64,000 nt of DNA, from the IMG/VR virus record IMGVR_UViG_3300035034_002581, one strand, 5' to 3'. Made by a program: the position numbers and the translations under genes. The notes beneath the pieces are model-generated. The model ran no database searches, was not told where the DNA came from, and worked only from the letters and a program-made list of their open reading frames with translations. Origin of the DNA: a virus. This document shows, piece by piece, positions 8,840-18,003 of this stretch (its first letter is position 1; each line of letters opens with the position of its first letter).

Positions 8840-9585
8840 TTGATTGCCTGCCCGATTCGATCTGCTTTCTTAAATCTTTCTTCGATTACTACCCAGTCAA
8901 GCTCTTTCATCATTGAGTAGATGTAAGATCTTCTGTCATCTAGGTAATCTCTAAAGTATGCATGTTCCCAAACATCGATAACTACGACCGGGTAACAACC
9001 AACTGGAATTGATGTATCGTGAGATTCTACAAAGAAGTTAATGTATCTCTGCAAAAATGTACTATAAGCACACACAGCCCAACCAGAAGCACCAGACATT
9101 GCATTAGCTACAAGATCGTATTGCCAGTTGTCAAAATTACCAAAGTCTCGTTCTAGCCTCATGTAAGATAGTGAGTCCATTGTAACTTCACTGTGCACAT
9201 CACTAATGTTTGCAAAGTACAGTTCGTGCAAGTAGACTGCGTTCATGTAGAAGATCTCATTTTGCTTTAAAGATCTATAGGTTCTGAAGTCGCTCTTTCT
9301 ATCTACAGTGTCGAGCTCTGCACTTATTCTTGTAAGTTGCTCTGTGTAATTCTCATACAGCTTCTTGTGTGCATGCTTAGCTTTTTTTGAAAGAAGCTCT
9401 GTAGGCAAGTTATAAGTTTTTGCAAGTGCCACATACGATTCGTTTAGAGTACTAGATGAAGACTCTCGCTTTATGCCAAGATCTTTCTGTATTCCTTCTA
9501 ATACTTTTCGCTGTGTTTCTTTTAGATCAGTCAAGTTTATATTCCTTTTCGAGTTCTTTTCTCGAGACCGTAAATTCTTCACCAT
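8836..9585 (-). CDS. Fe/Mn superoxide dismutase-like protein with N-terminal extension
   Basis: The C-terminal motif VVVIDVWEHAYFRDY matches the Fe/Mn-SOD signature D-x-W-E-H-[STA]-[FY]-[FY]. An upstream His-rich helix (KHAHKKLYENY, LHELYF) is consistent with the metal ligands. A ~60-aa N-terminal extension is not typical of SOD. Confidence 0.65.
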   Translation of the reverse strand: MVKNLRSREKNSKRNINLTDLKETQRKVLEGIQKDLGIKRESSSSTLNESYVALAKTYNLPTELLSKKAKHAHKKLYENYTEQLTRISAELDTVDRKSDFRTYRSLKQNEIFYMNAVYLHELYFANISDVHSEVTMDSLSYMRLERDFGNFDNWQYDLVANAMSGASGWAVCAYSTFLQRYINFFVESHDTSIPVGCYPVVVIDVWEHAYFRDYLDDRRSYIYSMMKELDWVVIEERFKKADRIGQAIK

Positions 9586-9799
9586 CTGGTGTCATGAGCA
9601 CAATGTCATCTATACCTAGTTGGGATATTGTGTAAAGCAGGTTCGTCTTGTTGTGTCTGATCTTAAGTCCGACATCAAGCACAGTATGCTTGTCATCACC
9701 AAATCCTGATGTATCGAATTCTTGTAGATTCTGAAGATGCTTTTGATATGCTTCACGCATGAGAGTTATTAGCATCTTTTCATCAAGTACATTAGTCAT
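9527..9799 (-). CDS. hypothetical protein
   Basis: 90-aa ORF that overlaps the SOD-like gene start by ~59 nt. One of the two starts is probably mis-set. Confidence 0.25.
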   Translation of the reverse strand: MTNVLDEKMLITLMREAYQKHLQNLQEFDTSGFGDDKHTVLDVGLKIRHNKTNLLYTISQLGIDDIVLMTPDGEEFTVSRKELEKEYKLD

Positions 9800-10754
9800 T
9801 TAGGCCTCCTGTGATGCCCGCCATTCTGCGCCATTGTTCTAAGACAATTTTTTCTTCATCGTTGACCTTCTGTTCGACCTGAATGCCTTTGGTCTTAAGC
9901 ACGTCAAGTACGGCGTTGACAATTCCCATTGGGACTTTGTTTTCACCATACTTTGATTCGAGCGCCGCTTCTATTTCAGATCGTGACAATGTTTTGATTG
10001 ATTCGGGCTGTGTATCACTTGTGCGTGTATCAGATGATGTCGAAACTTCCTCGTCTTCGTCTCCATCTTCATCGCCCATTGCTGTATCAACAACATACTC
10101 AGCATCTTCATCAGATAGTGCTGAAGCAAGAGAGTCAGGTACAACATCCATAAACTGCTCTAATCCTGTTCCTGTTAGGTTCAGAATATCACCTCTAAGC
10201 TTTTTAGGTGTAAGTCCAAACCAATTATTACGCTTTCCAAATAAACGTGATAGGAAGTCATCAGGTGTAAAAGACTTCTTGATTTGGATGTTGAGATCTC
10301 TTAGGCCTTCTTTGTCAAGAATATCACCGATTGATTTTTCTTCTTTAATAAAGGCAGACTCTGATGTCACTCTACTTTGAAGCTGCTGGAGCTCTTGGTT
10401 CTGTTTAATTACTTCAACAGTGTTACCAATAGCGCTTAAAAGACCTGCTACTTTAGAAGTCATGATAGCAAACGAGCGTTTACTAGTTTTACCCCTGATA
10501 AGAGCTCTAAAGACAAATCGCGCATTTTTAACTGCTTTCTGGACAGCGAGCCTCGTATTTTCCATTTCAGGAGGCACTCTATCTGCGAATTGACTTAAAC
10601 TTTGTACTAACTTTGAGAATTCATCTTTTGAGAATTCTTCTTTCAAAAGAAAAGAAGCAACGGAGTTTTCTGATAACACTCTCTTCTCTAGAATCTCATT
10701 TATATACGCGCAACCTTCGTCGAGGGCGTGATTTGTTTTTTGACGATTAGTCAT
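9792..10754 (-). CDS. hypothetical protein with acidic C-terminal tail
   Basis: 320-aa ORF. The C-terminus is D/E-rich (DEDGDEDEEVSTSSDTRTSD). Confidence 0.35.
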   Translation of the reverse strand: MTNRQKTNHALDEGCAYINEILEKRVLSENSVASFLLKEEFSKDEFSKLVQSLSQFADRVPPEMENTRLAVQKAVKNARFVFRALIRGKTSKRSFAIMTSKVAGLLSAIGNTVEVIKQNQELQQLQSRVTSESAFIKEEKSIGDILDKEGLRDLNIQIKKSFTPDDFLSRLFGKRNNWFGLTPKKLRGDILNLTGTGLEQFMDVVPDSLASALSDEDAEYVVDTAMGDEDGDEDEEVSTSSDTRTSDTQPESIKTLSRSEIEAALESKYGENKVPMGIVNAVLDVLKTKGIQVEQKVNDEEKIVLEQWRRMAGITGGLND

Positions 10755-10795
10755 GTGACGTGTCCTTGCAAGGTACGCCTATACTTATCTCACAC

Positions 10796-11200
10796 TCACT
10801 TGATTTGTATAATTTCGATTCCCGCATCTTTTAGTAACTCAATGCCGGACGTATCGACGTATTCTTTCTTGAAGTATACTATGTCTATATTAGCATTGAT
10901 AATTCTCTTTGCACACATTATGCAGGGACTAAGAGTAACATACATCTTCTTCTTCTTCGGGTTGTTGAAGTCGCACTTGATAAGTGCATTCTCTTCTGCA
11001 TGAATAAACCCAGACTTTCCCGTCTCAAAAGAGGCACGTTTGTTACTTCCTCCCTTTTCGTCGCCGTTGTATCCCACAGATAAAACTTGAGTATTATCAA
11101 GTGTTACAATTATAGCGCCCACTTTTGTTTTCTGATCAGATGATCTTCTGCTAATTTGCTCAGCAACTTTCATCCAAACTTCATTCCATTCTGGTCTCAT
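10796..11200 (-). CDS. dCMP deaminase (cytidine/deoxycytidylate deaminase zinc-binding fold)
   Basis: HAEENAL ... SPCIMCAKRI gives the H-[AC]-E ... P-C-x-x-C zinc motifs. The size (134 aa) fits. Confidence 0.75.
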   Translation of the reverse strand: MRPEWNEVWMKVAEQISRRSSDQKTKVGAIIVTLDNTQVLSVGYNGDEKGGSNKRASFETGKSGFIHAEENALIKCDFNNPKKKKMYVTLSPCIMCAKRIINANIDIVYFKKEYVDTSGIELLKDAGIEIIQIK

Positions 11201-11214
11201 GTTTAACTTCTAGT

Positions 11215-11687
11215 TTAGTATAGTGCTTGCTTAAGAGACTTGACAGTATCCTGGACTATCTCTGTTAACAAGAATGGAAGAACTGCATGCACAAAACACT
11301 TCATCGAAGCGAAAAGCAGAATACCTGCAAATCTTGATGCTCTGATGAAGTGTTCGATGTAGGAGAACCCTGTTTCTTCTAAGTGATTGAAATTCATTAG
11401 AAAGGGTTCTCCTTGCAGAACTTTACAATATTCTCAATGCATTCAAATTTCTCATCCGGAAGATCTTTGTACGATGCACCTAGTAGAGAGATTATCACAC
11501 TAGGTACATGTGCATATGCATTTCTGCCATCAGGGTGGCTAGGATGCTCAGGTAGGCGTCCCTTCAAGGTTGTCGACGCTTCCAAGATCATCTGTCTCAT
11601 CTTCTGGTTCTTTTCCGGGCTCATCAAATATCTCCTCAATGCTTTTGTTTCCTGGCCAACGACAGCCTGCTGCCGATCTATGACCAC
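11215..11687 (-). CDS. two adjacent small ORFs (96 aa and 60 aa) in different frames
   Basis: ORFs 11397..11687 and 11215..11397 meet at a shared stop/start. The upstream one overlaps the DHH gene by ~140 nt. These may be real small genes or one frameshifted gene. Confidence 0.2.
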
Positions 11688-12447
11688 CGCCGCCGAAGAC
11701 CTTTGCGATCTCGGAGACGTCAGTGTCAGGTGTAACAGAACGGAAGCTTACGTGGTATGAACTATCCTTGTGATCAAGAAACCAAACCACAGCCACATCA
11801 GTAAACTTTGCTAAATGCATTCCGAATTCTGACATCCAGTGTGAAGAGTTTACTACTAGAGCAGATCTTCCCTGGATCTTTCTTTTTGCTGCTCGACCCA
11901 TAATCTTATTGATAAATGTTCTCTTGTGTGCAAGGATATAACTTCCTCTTTTTACTGCATCATCAAATACAGAGTTGTCTGTATATGCGTCATAGTCTTC
12001 AAACTTCATTTCTACCATGTCGAAAGCAGCACTAAATTCTTTACTGTATGGGAGTTCCCAATTCCATAAGTCTCTGTCTTGAATGTATGACAAGAACTTA
12101 GGCGGCTCTTTACCAGGGTGGAAAAACTCCCAACCTAAGATTGCTCCTGATTTGTTCATATCAAAGTGTGTCTGGCTAATGTCATGCAACTCAATCATTG
12201 CAGACTTATGATGATCTAAAACAAGAAGCTCTTTAGCATCCTCAATCATAGCCTTAGTCGTTGCATTATCGTAAGAGAAGTCAACGATCACAACATTTTT
12301 CCCAGTCACATCAGGTGGCGGTGTTCCAAACTTTCCAGGAACATACTTTGCTCTACTTCCAAGAAGCTTCCACGCAGCAAAAGCAGCACCGAAGCCATCA
12401 GAGCAACCACCGTGATAAATGACAATATCTACATTATTTGGATCCAT
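11548..12447 (-). CDS. DHH-family phosphoesterase (NrnA/RecJ-like)
   Basis: IVIYHGGCSDGFGAAFAAW is DHH motif I. LVLDHHKS is the DHH motif. A TAAGGAG-like RBS (aaggag) sits 8 nt upstream of the ATG. Confidence 0.6.
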   Translation of the reverse strand: MDPNNVDIVIYHGGCSDGFGAAFAAWKLLGSRAKYVPGKFGTPPPDVTGKNVVIVDFSYDNATTKAMIEDAKELLVLDHHKSAMIELHDISQTHFDMNKSGAILGWEFFHPGKEPPKFLSYIQDRDLWNWELPYSKEFSAAFDMVEMKFEDYDAYTDNSVFDDAVKRGSYILAHKRTFINKIMGRAAKRKIQGRSALVVNSSHWMSEFGMHLAKFTDVAVVWFLDHKDSSYHVSFRSVTPDTDVSEIAKVFGGGGHRSAAGCRWPGNKSIEEIFDEPGKEPEDETDDLGSVDNLEGTPT

Positions 12448-12467
12448 CGAAAAATCTCCTTCGAATC

Positions 12468-12498
12468 ATTTTATACTATTTTTGTGACTTTTACAAAT
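12468..12498 (-). promoter_or_regulatory. promoter-like element upstream of the DHH gene
   Basis: The minus strand reads TTGTAA-15 nt-TATAAAAT, followed by AAGGAG and then ATG. The -35 hexamer is weak. Confidence 0.25.
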
Positions 12499-12503
12499 CA
12501 CAG

Positions 12504-13079
12504 TTACCACATGTCTCTTTCATTTGTGTAGCTGTGGCAGTTCCAGCAACGTGGTTCATATAGGTCGGCGCCGCCCACTTGTATCTCTTCTCCTTCTTCT
12601 ACCTTCCTCTGAGTATAAAATGCGTCTGCCTGACACTCTACACAAACAGCTGGACACTTTTCAATTCGTGTTGCCCAGGGCATTATCTTTGCAACTTCAT
12701 CAAATGCTTTACAAGACGCTGACATCTCCAAGGAAGACACAATTATTGTCTTACCAAGTCTAAAAAGACGTATTAGTGTTTCTGCTACATCATCTATCAT
12801 AAATGCTTCGTCAACAGCAATTACATCATAATCAACGTCAGAATCTATCAAGAATCTATAAATATCCTTAGCAGTTTCGACTGTGACTACTTCGACGTCG
12901 TCAAGCGTTAGACCTATGTGCGTCTTTATGTTTGTTTTTGAATAGCGATCATCCATGATAGGCTTAAAAGCTACTGTTCGCTTTTTTTGATACTTGTATC
13001 TATCGATCTGAGCTAAAAGTCGAGTAGTTTTACCACTAAACATCGGACCTGTGAAGAGGATAAATTCTGGATTACGCAT
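12504..13079 (-). CDS. tdk: thymidine kinase
   Basis: FTGPMFSGKTTRLL is the P-loop typical of TK1-type thymidine kinases. A C-terminal CxxC...CxxC zinc ribbon is present (CAVCVEC...CWNCH). Confidence 0.8.
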   Translation of the reverse strand: MRNPEFILFTGPMFSGKTTRLLAQIDRYKYQKKRTVAFKPIMDDRYSKTNIKTHIGLTLDDVEVVTVETAKDIYRFLIDSDVDYDVIAVDEAFMIDDVAETLIRLFRLGKTIIVSSLEMSASCKAFDEVAKIMPWATRIEKCPAVCVECQADAFYTQRKVEEGEEIQVGGADLYEPRCWNCHSYTNERDMW

Positions 13080-14112
13080 AGTCTTCCCACCACTTAATAG
13101 TAAGTTCTAGCCCTTCCCAGAAGTGGACTTTAACTTTATAATCCAATTCCTCTTGTGCTCTTGAGATGTCTGCGAGGGTATGCCTAACATCTCCGATTCT
13201 TCTAGGTGCATGGTTGATTTTTACTTTATCACCGTGCTGATTCTTAAGTGCTTCAAGTATTTGATTGTTGCTTACACTCTTTCCGCAAGCAATATTGTAA
13301 CACCTGCCAGTCTTAAGATCTTTATTACTAGAGCTTAATAATAGTTGTGCAGCCTGAATATTAGCATGCACGACATTGTCGATATAACACATATCTCGTG
13401 TCTGTTCTCCATCTCCATCACTCCTTAGTTCAAGCCCGTGTTTAATTGCGTGACACCAGGCTGATACTGCAGTCGCATATGCACTTCCGGCCAATTGACC
13501 AGGCCCGAAAACGTTAAAATACCTTAGGCCTATGCTTTTGAGCTCGTATAAGTCTGCATACAACTTACTATAATCTTCAAGATGATACTTTTGCATCGCA
13601 TATGGAGATTTAGGTAGAGAGTGGCCCTTTTGGCTTTCGACTGTAGGTAGAATTGAAGCACCACCATACACAGCGCTAGAAGATGCCCAAACAACAGGCG
13701 TCTTGCTATCTGCCGCTGCTTTAAAGAGTAAGAGTGATCGGTGTAGATTGATCATATTGCTCTTTACAGGGCTTTCTACAGAATATGATACGCTTGGAAT
13801 GGCTGCTTGATGAAAAATGACGTCGTATCTAGACTTTTGAATTCTTCTAAGTACACTTTTATCTGCAAAATCATTTTGAAAAAATGGCACAACAGCTTCG
13901 TTCTTTGGGATACCTTCTGCAGCACCTGTTCGATTAGTAAGACTATCAAGCCAGTCATCTGATCCTACATAAATAGTCTTTAAAGGGCTTAACAACTCGT
14001 AAGAGCCTGATGAAAGATCATCGACAACCTCTACATCCCATCCCTCTTTGACAAGTTCTTTTACAAGGCTAGATCCGATAAATCCAGCACCTCCTGTTAC
14101 TAAACAACGCAT
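13072..14112 (-). CDS. NAD-dependent nucleotide-sugar epimerase/dehydratase (extended SDR)
   Basis: MRCLVTGGAGFIGSSLV is a Rossmann GxxGxxG motif. YAMQK is the catalytic YxxxK. The length is 346 aa. Confidence 0.65.
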   Translation of the reverse strand: MRCLVTGGAGFIGSSLVKELVKEGWDVEVVDDLSSGSYELLSPLKTIYVGSDDWLDSLTNRTGAAEGIPKNEAVVPFFQNDFADKSVLRRIQKSRYDVIFHQAAIPSVSYSVESPVKSNMINLHRSLLLFKAAADSKTPVVWASSSAVYGGASILPTVESQKGHSLPKSPYAMQKYHLEDYSKLYADLYELKSIGLRYFNVFGPGQLAGSAYATAVSAWCHAIKHGLELRSDGDGEQTRDMCYIDNVVHANIQAAQLLLSSSNKDLKTGRCYNIACGKSVSNNQILEALKNQHGDKVKINHAPRRIGDVRHTLADISRAQEELDYKVKVHFWEGLELTIKWWEDYA

Positions 14113-14135
14113 TTTTATCTCCTACTAGAAGTATT

Positions 14136-15059
14136 TTACCGCACCAGATGTGCAGAGTTTAAGCTAAAACTAAACTTAGCTTCTACAGGAGAACCTAGAT
14201 TGTATTTCTCATGAACTACACTTGCGAGGTAATAAATGAACTCAAGATCCTTGCGAAATGTCTTTGCAACGTTTGAAGATCGCAAGTTCACGTTTACATC
14301 CATAATGTTGTCTCTAAACAGAATATGAATGAGTGAAATGCATGTGTCGTCAGTGTATATAAAACGTCGAGATGTAGAAGTTTGTTTCTCGTTATACTCA
14401 TTCTTACCATTAAGCTCATTTGTCATCTTTGTAGTCATCTTTTCAAGTATACCCTTGAAGTAGTCCCCTTCTACATCGTCATCAAGAATTTCAGGATCAG
14501 CTTCTGGAAAATCAAGATCTTCAAAGAAGGTGAAACTCAATGGAACTTCGCAGTCTTTTGCTGATGTGCTTGGGATGTTTGACACGTATCTTAGTACTTC
14601 ACTTGCAATGTCATCTAAGTCACACTCTTCTTTTGTCTTGTTCCAAGCTACAATGTCATGTGTTGTTTCTTCGACACTTTTCGTATCATTTTCGACGTGA
14701 ATGACATTAGGTAGATTTGATATCCACTCTTGATCTTCGAACAAAGTGTAGAGTCGAGAAAGCGATTCTTCTGTTTGGAAATCATCGCCGCGTTTTTGGA
14801 ATCTAGCCTTGACTGTCTCCCAGGGCGGAAGGACAAAAACGACACGATTATTCAAACATGATAGCTCTGTCCAAAAATTACGTGCATGTTGAGTTAAGTT
14901 CCTACTATACATTTGACCGTAAACTAACATCGATAGCGTTGAACGATCTTGAATGTTCCATCGGAACGATGACTCTCTGTGTATCTGACTGTACAAAGAA
15001 GATTTACCAGAACAATCTGGTCCTTCTAAGATTAATTGACTTGTATGAAATCTGATCAT
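14136..15059 (-). CDS. thymidylate-kinase-like dNMP kinase with ~110-aa C-terminal extension
   Basis: ILEGPDCSGKSSL is the P-loop (compare Tmk IEGLDGAGKST). The DRSTLSMLVYGQ segment matches Tmk DRYxxSxxAYQ. Confidence 0.5.
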   Translation of the reverse strand: MIRFHTSQLILEGPDCSGKSSLYSQIHRESSFRWNIQDRSTLSMLVYGQMYSRNLTQHARNFWTELSCLNNRVVFVLPPWETVKARFQKRGDDFQTEESLSRLYTLFEDQEWISNLPNVIHVENDTKSVEETTHDIVAWNKTKEECDLDDIASEVLRYVSNIPSTSAKDCEVPLSFTFFEDLDFPEADPEILDDDVEGDYFKGILEKMTTKMTNELNGKNEYNEKQTSTSRRFIYTDDTCISLIHILFRDNIMDVNVNLRSSNVAKTFRKDLEFIYYLASVVHEKYNLGSPVEAKFSFSLNSAHLVR

Positions 15060-15106
15060 TTTACATCCTTATGCTACATCATACACACTTTTGATGGAAT
15101 CTTTAA

Positions 15107-15484
15107 TCAATCGTCACTTTTCATTTCTGTTATAACAGATTCATCAAGAAATGCGTTAGCGAGTGGAAAACCTTTATTTTCAATTTTGCAACGATACTGA
15201 AAATGAACGTTGCCGTCGACCCGCTGATCTTGAATTTCCTCTATCTTGAGAGAAACTTGTGTTGTAACTGTGTCTCCAATCTGGTATTTAAACAAAGATT
15301 TTACGTACATTTCATGAATATTCTTGTGAGATACATTGTGAGTTTCTCCTGCTAGACCGATCAAATCGTAGAATACTCCCTTGCGAGTTATTCTGATTTC
15401 GTCTACTGAGAAGACATGCTTTGTATCTCTGTCTATAAACTTAACGTAGTCACCTATCTTAAACATTTTACTCCTTTGAATCAA
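15107..15484 (-). CDS. small KOW/SH3-like protein, tandem two-repeat member of the GD(L/Y)V family
   Basis: 125 aa with two internal copies (FKIGDYVKFI... and YQIGDTVTTQ...). Confidence 0.35.
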   Translation of the reverse strand: MIQRSKMFKIGDYVKFIDRDTKHVFSVDEIRITRKGVFYDLIGLAGETHNVSHKNIHEMYVKSLFKYQIGDTVTTQVSLKIEEIQDQRVDGNVHFQYRCKIENKGFPLANAFLDESVITEMKSDD

Positions 15485-15683
15485 TTCTGCGAACTATTCT
15501 TAAAATAAGCTCTGCATTTTGTAGAAAAAAGTCCAGGACACGTCCATCTGTAAGCAAACATCTGTACTTTTGATGTTTGTTACCTTTATTCACAGATACC
15601 ACCAGCATAAGGTCATTGCTGACGATGTGTTTCTGATGATCTGGATGTCCCAGAGATACGAGGTCGCCTTTCTTGTACATCAT
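15468..15683 (-). CDS. small KOW/SH3-like protein (GDLV family)
   Basis: MMYKKGDLVSLGHPDHQKHIVSNDLMLVVSV. Confidence 0.35.
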   Translation of the reverse strand: MMYKKGDLVSLGHPDHQKHIVSNDLMLVVSVNKGNKHQKYRCLLTDGRVLDFFLQNAELILRIVRRIDSKE

Positions 15684-15886
15684 TGTGCTTCTTCCTTTAC
15701 GCGACTTAAGAGAGTCACTTTGTACAAATATCTCTTGTATACACTTCCGTCAATCAAGATATCGTAGTAGATCATTCCAGCTTCGTCCTTGTATCGGGCG
15801 GTAATAAGACCGATGACGACTTGGTTCGATGTCACAAAGTAGAACCTTACGATATCGTTTGCTTGAAGGTCAACAGACAATTTCAT
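15680..15886 (-). CDS. small KOW/SH3-like protein (GDLV family)
   Basis: ...NDIVRFYFVTSNQVVIGLITARY. It is a paralog of its neighbours. Confidence 0.3.
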   Translation of the reverse strand: MKLSVDLQANDIVRFYFVTSNQVVIGLITARYKDEAGMIYYDILIDGSVYKRYLYKVTLLSRVKEEAQ

Positions 15887-16707
15887 GACGTTTGGAGTTC
15901 ACTAAATTTGATAAAGTTGATGCCTCTGTCGTTAAATGCCAAGATTTCTTCAACACGCTTAGCTTTCTTCTGTCCATTTGAATAGAGTTTACCAAGTGTA
16001 ACAAAATCAAATCCATGCGCCTTCAGATTTCTTTCGTTAGCGTCTGTCTTGAGACAAGAGATAATGACAGGGTTTTTTCTCTTTCCAAGTGCTTTCACTA
16101 GCTTAATATCATCTGTGATGGTCCACCCAGCTGGAGTATAGCTTGTAAACGTAGATGAGTACGGTGCATCTGCATAAATAACAGCATCTTCGTCTTCAAG
16201 ATCAGGTAGCGAATGTTCCCAGGAAAGGCATGTGGCTGCTTTTATTTTATCAGATGGGGTAATTAACAGCTTATCAAATGGAAACCTCCTAGGGCCTCCA
16301 TAAGGCACGTTACAGCCATTCTTGCTGGCCCGCCATAACCCATTAAATCCTGCGTAAAGAATAGCTAAGAAGGCAACTGGATCTTGCTCGCCAGTGCTCT
16401 TAAAGTTATTGCGAACCTCGTAGAATTTAGCCCGTGGATCAGGATCACCTTGAATGCTATCGAATAGATCACGAACTTCAGTCAAGTAATCGTTCTTACG
16501 AAGTGCAAGCTCTTTGTACATGTTAATCAAAGGCAAACAGGTATCGTTTAAGTATGCCTCCTTTGCATGCGTTAGCGAGACAGATGCACTTCCTGCAAAA
16601 GGCTCGTAGCACACGTCCATACTTCTGAAAACTGGTAGAAGCCACTTTTTAGATCCTGTCCATTTAATTGTCATTCTTTTTCTCACTTGGATTGTACAAC
16701 TGTTCAT
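15883..16707 (-). CDS. DNA N6-adenine methyltransferase (Dam-like, alpha group)
   Basis: Motif I is EPFAGSASVS (compare Dam EPFVGAGSV). Motif IV is IYADAPYSS, a DAPY variant of DPPY. Confidence 0.7.
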   Translation of the reverse strand: MNSCTIQVRKRMTIKWTGSKKWLLPVFRSMDVCYEPFAGSASVSLTHAKEAYLNDTCLPLINMYKELALRKNDYLTEVRDLFDSIQGDPDPRAKFYEVRNNFKSTGEQDPVAFLAILYAGFNGLWRASKNGCNVPYGGPRRFPFDKLLITPSDKIKAATCLSWEHSLPDLEDEDAVIYADAPYSSTFTSYTPAGWTITDDIKLVKALGKRKNPVIISCLKTDANERNLKAHGFDFVTLGKLYSNGQKKAKRVEEILAFNDRGINFIKFSELQTS

Positions 16708-16888
16708 TCAGTAACTGCTGTTGAATTATCTCAGTTTTGAGGTGTTCTCGATAGATCTTCTCATTGTCCATCTGTATTCTTCGATACTTTTGGTACAACA
16801 TTGTAGCAAATCCTGGAATTGAAAACACTAAAATTGCTGAGCTGACAATGCCAGCTACAACGATCAGACCTATCAAGAAATTAGCCAT
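16664..16888 (-). CDS. small membrane protein
   Basis: 74 aa. The N-terminal TM segment is FLIGLIVVAGIVSSAILVF. It overlaps the methyltransferase start. Confidence 0.3.
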   Translation of the reverse strand: MANFLIGLIVVAGIVSSAILVFSIPGFATMLYQKYRRIQMDNEKIYREHLKTEIIQQQLLNEQLYNPSEKKNDN

Positions 16889-16989
16889 CAGTCACCCTTT
16901 GTCACAATGAAAGGCGCCGGCGCCCATAATTGTCTCCTTACTAGACAAGACAATTGTACCACAATTTGATGGTTATTTACAATCGAAGA

Positions 16990-18003
16990 CTACTTTAAAA
17001 TGTGTGTGTGTGATTCTCTAAGTGAATTTCCAGAGACTCTTAATAACACACATTTAGCTTGAAACTCTTCGATACTAATACATCCTGAGTAGCTTAGTGC
17101 ACTTTTAACTCTGGATTCTACTTCTCCCAGGATAGTTTCTACGCTGTCAGTTTTAAATGGGATTCTTGTTGTAATACCTTCAAGAGACGCAGCTTTACCT
17201 CTCCAATCAATTTGCGCATCTTTACTGGCCATACCTCGATAAACCTTCATGAGCTGGCCTTTATACATGTAAGCCTCACCAGGAGTAGATGCTGTCCCAG
17301 CTAACATACTACCCAGCATAACAGCATCAGCACCTGCTGCAAGGGCCTTAGAGATGTCTCCTGCGTTTCTTAGGCCGCCGTCGGCAATCAAAGCTGCCGG
17401 TCTTGTCGAGGTTGCACACTCAAGAATTGAAGACAATGTTGGCATTCCGTGTCCTGTCTGGAGTCGAGTACTACAAATACTTCCACCGCCGATTCCGACT
17501 CGAATACTGTTTGCGCCCCAGTCTGACAAGTCGTCGAAACCTTTCTTCGTGGCTACATTGCCTGCCATTATGTGGATGCCCAATCCGTACTGCTTGCGTA
17601 GTTCATAGAGCGCTTTTTTCATCATTTCTGTGTGTCCATGGGCTACATCAATACAAAACTTGTTAGCACCCTCCTGGATATGTGCATCGACGCGCTCGAT
17701 ATAGTCACCTGATACGCCGATCGCTATGACTTTGTTGTGTGCTTTCTTTGCTATTTCGACCTGATCTTCGATAGAGTTATATCTGTGAATGACGCCGATT
17801 CCGCCGGACCTTGTCATATCATTACACATAACATCTTCAGTTACAGTGTCCATCGGACTTGAAATAATAGGCAGTGAAAGATCAAGACCGCCACAGAATG
17901 AATATAAGCTAATCAAGCTCCTAGATGGGATCTTAGAGTATTGCGGTCGAATGAGAATGTCGTCGAAACAGAGCAACTCCGGTTTTTGTAGGTCAAGTCT
18001 CAT
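16990..18003 (-). CDS. guaC: GMP reductase-like (IMPDH/GuaC family, no CBS domain)
   Basis: 337 aa. FDDILIRPQYS matches the GuaC N-terminus FKDVLIRPKRS. GIGGGSICSTR matches the catalytic-Cys loop GIGPGS(V/I)C(T/I)T. Confidence 0.6.
   Translation of the reverse strand: MRLDLQKPELLCFDDILIRPQYSKIPSRSLISLYSFCGGLDLSLPIISSPMDTVTEDVMCNDMTRSGGIGVIHRYNSIEDQVEIAKKAHNKVIAIGVSGDYIERVDAHIQEGANKFCIDVAHGHTEMMKKALYELRKQYGLGIHIMAGNVATKKGFDDLSDWGANSIRVGIGGGSICSTRLQTGHGMPTLSSILECATSTRPAALIADGGLRNAGDISKALAAGADAVMLGSMLAGTASTPGEAYMYKGQLMKVYRGMASKDAQIDWRGKAASLEGITTRIPFKTDSVETILGEVESRVKSALSYSGCISIEEFQAKCVLLRVSGNSLRESHTHILK

Noticed and set aside
17001-17012. (TG)6 dinucleotide repeat at the 3' end of guaC as a phase-variation switch
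   Set aside because: Only six units, encoding HTH at the extreme C-terminus. It is too short and too terminal to argue for programmed slippage.
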